DNA of 64,000 bases from Clostridiaceae bacterium UBA6085 (lineage in GTDB: Bacteria; Bacillota; Clostridia; Clostridiales; Clostridiaceae). The position numbers were made by a program, and so were the translations under genes. Of the stretch, positions 59,668 to 64,000 are shown in pieces. Each line of letters begins with the position of its first letter. The stretch's first letter is position 1. The notes below the pieces were generated by a model, which was not told where the DNA came from, did not search any database, and saw only the letters and a list, made by a program, of their open reading frames with translations. Location: positions 16,598 through 80,597 of the forward strand of contig DIXH01000025.1 of the NCBI GenBank assembly GCA_002428605.1. Direction: 5' to 3'.

Positions 59668-61080
59668 CTACCTCCATGCAAGGTCAAGTAGTGCGACTGC
59701 CTCACTGATGTCAGCTTCGGTCAGGTTTGAATAGCCAAGAAGTACAGTGCCCTGGGATTTTTCTTCAGAACCTTGAGAATAGTACCCGGATAGCCCTCTG
59801 AGCCTTACTCCGGATGCTGCAGCACTCTCTACAAGCTGTGCCTCGCTCATGCCATTGCCGGGCACAAGCAGAAGGTGAAGACCTGCATTTTCGCCTATGA
59901 CTCGGGCATTCATTCCAAAACGCGCTTTCCTTATCTCATCTATAAGCTTTTCCTTCCTTCCCTTGTAGATCTTCCTCATCCTGTTAAGGTGCCTTTCAAA
60001 ATGGCCATCCTTCATGAATCGGGCCAGTGTCTGCTGTTCAAACCTTGATACGGTGGAGGAATTGAACATGTACCTGTCCCTGTATTCTTCGAACAGGGCA
60101 GGAGGAAGCACCAGGTACCCGATCCTGATGGAAGGAGCTAGGCTCTTTGAAAAGGTCCCGATGTAGATGACCCGGTCCGAGCTGTCCAGACCCTGGAGAG
60201 AAGGTATGGGCCGTCCGCCGAACCTGAATTCACTGTCATAGTCGTCTTCGATGAGATACCTGTCTTTCCCGGCATAGGCCCATGAGAGCAGCTGCATCCT
60301 TCTTTTGGCCGGCATAATCATTCCCATGGGGAACTGATGGGAAGGGGTGATGTGGACAACTTTCGCACCTGATTCCTCAAGCTCATTCACGTCAAGCCCG
60401 TCACGGTCAAGCCTGACGTGTACCACGTCAGCTCCATTGCTCCTTAAGAGCATACCTGTCTTGACATAACCTGGGTCCTCTACAGCGTATATCCTGTCTC
60501 GTCCAAGGAGCTGCACGAGCAGTCCGATGAGATATTCACTCCCAGCTCCGATTATGACCTGTTCGTGGGTGCACCGAACTCCCTTGTGCTCGTGCAGATG
60601 CCTGGCGATGCTCATCCTTAAAGCGGCCTCTCCTTGCGGGTGCGATGCCTTAAGGAGCTCCCTGTTCTCGTCATGTATCACTTCCCTGGTTATCCTTGAC
60701 CATGTAGAAAAAGGAAAGAACCTGGTATCAACTGTATTGGTCATGAAGTCGTAATTAAAGCCTGAGGTGTCTTCTCGCGTTTCCTCGTCTTTGCCTGTTG
60801 ATCCTGGACCTGCTGAACCGGACGGATAGTCTTCGAAACGGGAGACATAATACCCGCTTTTCGGTTTTGACCTTACGAATCCTTCGGCTAAAAGCTGGCC
60901 GTATGCTGTCTCCACAGTATTCTGGCTTATCTTGAGATGGGATGCCAGGCTTCTCTTCGAGGGCAGCCTGTCACCATCCTCAAGAAGACCTTCCCTTATT
61001 TCACTCCTTATATGTTCATAAAGCTGCATGTAAAGCGGTTTCCCTGAATTATGGTCAAATGTCAGTGTAACGTTAGCCAT
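59668..61080 (-). CDS. pdxR: MocR/GabR-family PLP-dependent regulator of pdxST
   Basis: wHTH (RLPSKRSLA, TVETAYGQL, SGYYV) plus aminotransferase domain (EDPGY, TPSHQFP, EDDYDSEF, GTFSK); divergent from pdxST. Confidence 0.9.
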   Translation of the reverse strand: MANVTLTFDHNSGKPLYMQLYEHIRSEIREGLLEDGDRLPSKRSLASHLKISQNTVETAYGQLLAEGFVRSKPKSGYYVSRFEDYPSGSAGPGSTGKDEETREDTSGFNYDFMTNTVDTRFFPFSTWSRITREVIHDENRELLKASHPQGEAALRMSIARHLHEHKGVRCTHEQVIIGAGSEYLIGLLVQLLGRDRIYAVEDPGYVKTGMLLRSNGADVVHVRLDRDGLDVNELEESGAKVVHITPSHQFPMGMIMPAKRRMQLLSWAYAGKDRYLIEDDYDSEFRFGGRPIPSLQGLDSSDRVIYIGTFSKSLAPSIRIGYLVLPPALFEEYRDRYMFNSSTVSRFEQQTLARFMKDGHFERHLNRMRKIYKGRKEKLIDEIRKARFGMNARVIGENAGLHLLLVPGNGMSEAQLVESAAASGVRLRGLSGYYSQGSEEKSQGTVLLGYSNLTEADISEAVALLDLAWR

Positions 61081-61093
61081 TCCTTCCTCCAAA

Positions 61094-61139
61094 CTGGCAT
61101 CATCAAATTTCATCAATCTGGGTATTTTTATAATGCCAG
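61094..61139. promoter_or_regulatory. PdxR-type operator with two direct repeats and one inverted repeat
   Basis: CTGGCAT 61094, CTGGGTA 61118 and inverted ATGCCAG 61133-61139. Confidence 0.6.
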
Positions 61140-61163
61140 AATACAGATACAATCATAATCAGC

Positions 61164-61205
61164 TTGCAGGCAAATTGTCAAATCAATTTGCAGGCAAATT
61201 GTCAA
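61164..61205. repeat. exact 18-bp direct repeat with a 24-bp period in the pdxS leader
   Basis: TTGCAGGCAAATTGTCAA at 61164-61181 and 61188-61205. Confidence 0.9.
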
Positions 61206-61244
61206 TACAAGTAGTCAATACATAATATCGGAGGTTGGACTGGA

Positions 61245-62126
61245 ATGGATGAAAACAGAAGCGAACTTAACAGGAACCTTGCACAGATGCTGAAGGGTGG
61301 AGTCATCATGGATGTCACTAACGCTGAGGAGGCGAGGATTGCAGAGGAGGCAGGTGCGGTAGCGGTAATGGCCCTTGAGAGGGTACCTTCGGACATAAGG
61401 AAGCAGGGCGGCGTGGCAAGGATGAGCAATCCCGGGATGATAAGGGAGATCCAGTCTGCCGTCACGATACCTGTCATGGCGAAGGTCAGGATCGGACATA
61501 TGGCGGAGGCAAGGATACTTGAACACCTTGAGATTGACTACATCGATGAAAGCGAGGTACTGACCCCGGCGGATGACATGTACCATCTGGACAAACACAA
61601 CTACAGGGTACCGTTCGTTTGCGGAGCGCGAAACCTTGGTGAGGCCCTTAGAAGGATTGGGGAAGGCGCAGCCATGATCAGGACCAAGGGTGAGGCAGGT
61701 ACAGGAAATGTGGTTGAAGCGGTGAGGCACATGAGGACAATGATGTCTGAAATAAGGAAACTTTCCGGGATGCCAAGGGAGGAGCTCATGTCCTTCTCGA
61801 AGGAGATAGGCGCACCTTATGACCTTGTTGTCTGGACTGCAGAAAACGGAAAGCTTCCAGTGGTGAATTTTGCGGCAGGAGGAATCGCTACACCTGCTGA
61901 TGCTGCTCTCATGATGCAGCTTGGAAGCGAGGGCGTATTCGTTGGCTCAGGTATATTCAAGTCTTCGGACCCGCTTAGGATGGCAAGGGCGATAGTTAAA
62001 GCGACCTCATACTATGACGACCCTAAGGTCCTCGCTGAAGTGAGCGAAAACATCGGGGAGCCGATGGCCGGGCTCGAGATCGGAAGCATTCCTGCTGACA
62101 GGCTTCTGGCATCAAGAGGCTGGTAA
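61245..62126 (+). CDS. pdxS: pyridoxal 5'-phosphate synthase lyase subunit
   Basis: [27 protein letters not shown] and [13 protein letters not shown]. Confidence 0.98.
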   Translation: MDENRSELNRNLAQMLKGGVIMDVTNAEEARIAEEAGAVAVMALERVPSDIRKQGGVARMSNPGMIREIQSAVTIPVMAKVRIGHMAEARILEHLEIDYIDESEVLTPADDMYHLDKHNYRVPFVCGARNLGEALRRIGEGAAMIRTKGEAGTGNVVEAVRHMRTMMSEIRKLSGMPREELMSFSKEIGAPYDLVVWTAENGKLPVVNFAAGGIATPADAALMMQLGSEGVFVGSGIFKSSDPLRMARAIVKATSYYDDPKVLAEVSENIGEPMAGLEIGSIPADRLLASRGW

Positions 62127-62710
62127 TGTTAAGGATCGGGGTGCTGAGCATACAGGGCTCCGTCTCGGAGCATCTGGCTAAGCTGTCAGAGCTTAAGGGG
62201 GTGATACCTGTAAGGGTAAGGGATGAAAAATCACTTTCTGAAATTGACGGGCTTATCATACCAGGTGGAGAGAGCACTGTAATCGGCCGGCTGCTCAACG
62301 AGTTCAACCTTATGCAGCCAATAAGGAAAAGGATAGAAAGAGGAATGCCTGTCTGGGGTACCTGCGCCGGGATGATCCTGCTATCTGGTGAAGTTGAGAA
62401 TGAAGAACCGTGGATCGGAGCCATGGACATCGTAGTCAGGCGGAATGCCTTCGGGCGTCAGACAGAGAGCTTCAGGGCAATGGAAATGGTCCCAGCTGTT
62501 TCTGACAGGTCAATGGAACTCGTATACATAAGGGCTCCGATAATCGTCAGGGCAGGAGACGGCGTAGAGGTTTTATTAATGACAGATTATGGGATCACAG
62601 CAGCAAGGCAGGGAAGGATGCTCGTAACGTCATTTCATCCTGAACTGACCACAGGCAATGCCTTTCATTATTATTTCGCGTCTTTAGTCAGGGAGTGCAC
62701 GGAAAGCTGA
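62126..62710 (+). CDS. pdxT: PLP synthase glutaminase subunit
   Basis: IPGGEST, GTCAG, RNAFGRQ and SFHPE. Confidence 0.97.
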   Translation: MLRIGVLSIQGSVSEHLAKLSELKGVIPVRVRDEKSLSEIDGLIIPGGESTVIGRLLNEFNLMQPIRKRIERGMPVWGTCAGMILLSGEVENEEPWIGAMDIVVRRNAFGRQTESFRAMEMVPAVSDRSMELVYIRAPIIVRAGDGVEVLLMTDYGITAARQGRMLVTSFHPELTTGNAFHYYFASLVRECTES

Positions 62711-62810
62711 GAGACGTCCCGGAGGTGACTTGCATCTTTGGGACACTCAGGCTTTAACCACAGTTTTTAGCTTCACAGGCATCAAATTTACACGTGCATA
62801 AGAAATGATG

Positions 62811-62839
62811 TTGACAAAGTGGCGGGGCTGATATAATAT
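62811..62839 (+). promoter_or_regulatory. sigma-A promoter of tRNA-Tyr copy 2
   Basis: TTGACA-N17-TAATAT (with an overlapping TATAAT). Confidence 0.7.
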
Positions 62840-62868
62840 ATAAAAAGCAGTTGTCAGACTGTTCATAT

Positions 62869-62953
62869 GGAGGAGTTCCCGAGTGGCCAAAGGGGGCAGA
62901 CTGTAAATCTGTTGCTTTCAGCTTCAGTGGTTCGAATCCACTCTCCTCCACCA
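62869..62953 (+). tRNA. tRNA-Tyr(GTA), copy 2, identical to copy 1
   Basis: Same 85-nt sequence including CCA. Confidence 0.98.
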
Positions 62954-62976
62954 TAATAGTCAACTTCGTTGGCAAG

Positions 62977-63004
62977 AAAACCACCTCGATCGAGGTGGTT
63001 TTTT
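62977..63004 (+). terminator. tRNA terminator, copy 2
   Basis: AAAACCACCTCG-AT-CGAGGTGGTTTTTT. Confidence 0.85.
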
Positions 63005-63257
63005 GTGCTCAAAATCATAATTGTGCAGGACCATGTCTTTGACACCAAAAGTGATGGAAAACCCTGGAAAATGGCGTTAATATGCCTTTTCCAGGGTTAT
63101 TAAATTTGCTGTAATCTGCGTAATGTGTATGGGTATTTTTGAGCTGTATTATCTTTTACTTTCTCATGGGGTATACAAATCCAATGCCTGGTAGAGATGT
63201 AACAGGTGAATTGTCGGTGCTCCTTTTCTTCATTGCAGAGCTAAGCTTGCCTGGCTG

Positions 63258-64000
63258 TTACCGCCACGCTAGATCCAGGAGTGCTAAAGCTTCACTGATA
63301 TCATCTTCAGTGAGGTTGGAATACCCAAGGAGTACCGTGCTTTGAGAGCCGGTGTCAGAGCCGTTAGAGAAGTATCCAGAGAGACCTTTGAGCCTTACTC
63401 CCTTAGCTGCAGCTCTCTCAACAAGCTCGTCCTCGCTAATGCCGTTTGCAGGCATCAGCAACAGATGTAGTCCTGCATTCTCGCCAATGATTTCGGCATT
63501 GCTCCCGAAGCTTGCTTTCCTGATCCGCTCAACCAGCTTTTCCTTCCTGCCCTTGTAGATTTTTCTCATCCTGTTAAGATGCCTTTCAAAATGACCATCC
63601 TTAATGAATCTGGCGAGGGTCTGCTGCTCAAACCTTGATACGGTTGAGGAATTGAACATGTGCCGTTTCCGGTACTCTTCAATAAGTGGAGGGGGAAGCA
63701 CCAGATATCCTATTCGTATCGATGGGGCCAGGCTCTTTGAAAAGGTCCCGATATAGATCACCCTGTCCGAATTGTCCAGACCTTGCAGTGAGGGTATCGG
63801 ACGTCCTCCGAACCTGAATTCACTGTCGTAGTCGTCCTCGATAAGGTACCTGTCCTTCTCGGCGTAAGCCCACGAAAGAAGCTGCATTCTCCTTTTAGCT
63901 GGCATTATCATACCCATGGGGAACTGATGCGAAGGAGTGATGTGGACAATCTTAGCATCCGATTGTTCCAGTTCACTGATATTCAGGCCTTCCCTGTCTA
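63258..64000 (-). CDS. second PdxR/MocR paralog, C-terminal part (start lies beyond the window)
   Basis: The frame is open to the edge (LDREGLNISELEQSDAKIVHITPSHQFPMG...) and is closely similar to 59668-61080, with many synonymous differences. Confidence 0.93.
   Translation of the reverse strand, partial: DREGLNISELEQSDAKIVHITPSHQFPMGMIMPAKRRMQLLSWAYAEKDRYLIEDDYDSEFRFGGRPIPSLQGLDNSDRVIYIGTFSKSLAPSIRIGYLVLPPPLIEEYRKRHMFNSSTVSRFEQQTLARFIKDGHFERHLNRMRKIYKGRKEKLVERIRKASFGSNAEIIGENAGLHLLLMPANGISEDELVERAAAKGVRLKGLSGYFSNGSDTGSQSTVLLGYSNLTEDDISEALALLDLAWR

Noticed and set aside
59270..59691. ORFs 59270-59677 and 59503-59691 (also 62754-63048) at the tRNA loci
   Set aside because: They overlap tRNA-Tyr, its terminator or the conserved spacer; the shared peptide MVEESGFEPLK is just the tRNA antisense translation
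59210..64000. Intact prophage or ICE at tRNA-Tyr
   Set aside because: No integrase, relaxase or phage gene is inside the window; only possible att-like remnants are present

Overview
This is a 64-kb stretch of chromosome from an anaerobic Firmicute. The gene order (veg-ispE-ugtP-DUF1934-pyrG-rho-rpmE-tdk-prmC-prfA-sua5-rpiB-upp-wecB) is Clostridiaceae-like, and a non-sporulating Youngiibacter/Proteiniclasticum-type lineage is my inference only. The left part holds accessory metabolism: partial carB with ARG boxes, an EFR1 ferredoxin, YhhN, an Ldh_2 oxidoreductase interrupted by an in-frame TAG, an ETF/FAD 2-hydroxyacid dehydrogenase operon, a sigma-54-driven CitMHS-AtuA operon, a GntP permease, a YghO/bCerS-like GNAT and GlpA-like modules. 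The centre has glmS with its ribozyme, a two-component system and a class B PBP. The right part is housekeeping and ends in two identical tRNA-Tyr genes exactly 3,526 bp apart, each followed by a conserved structured spacer and a pdxR paralog, with pdxST between them. The most notable observations are: (1) a full-length MecA/PBP2a-type PBP whose catalytic SxxK reads ATLS; (2) a membrane-anchored DnaQ-fold protein lacking all catalytic residues; (3) the tRNA-Tyr/pdxR duplication with a covarying hairpin and integrase-arm-like repeats; (4) a triple 15-bp palindrome in the ispE leader; (5) the amber-interrupted dehydrogenase; and (6) a complete bEBP/UAS/-24/-12 circuit for an uncharacterised AtuA-like pathway. 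No CRISPR, transposase, integrase or phage genes were seen. All family calls come from motif recognition by eye, not database searches.
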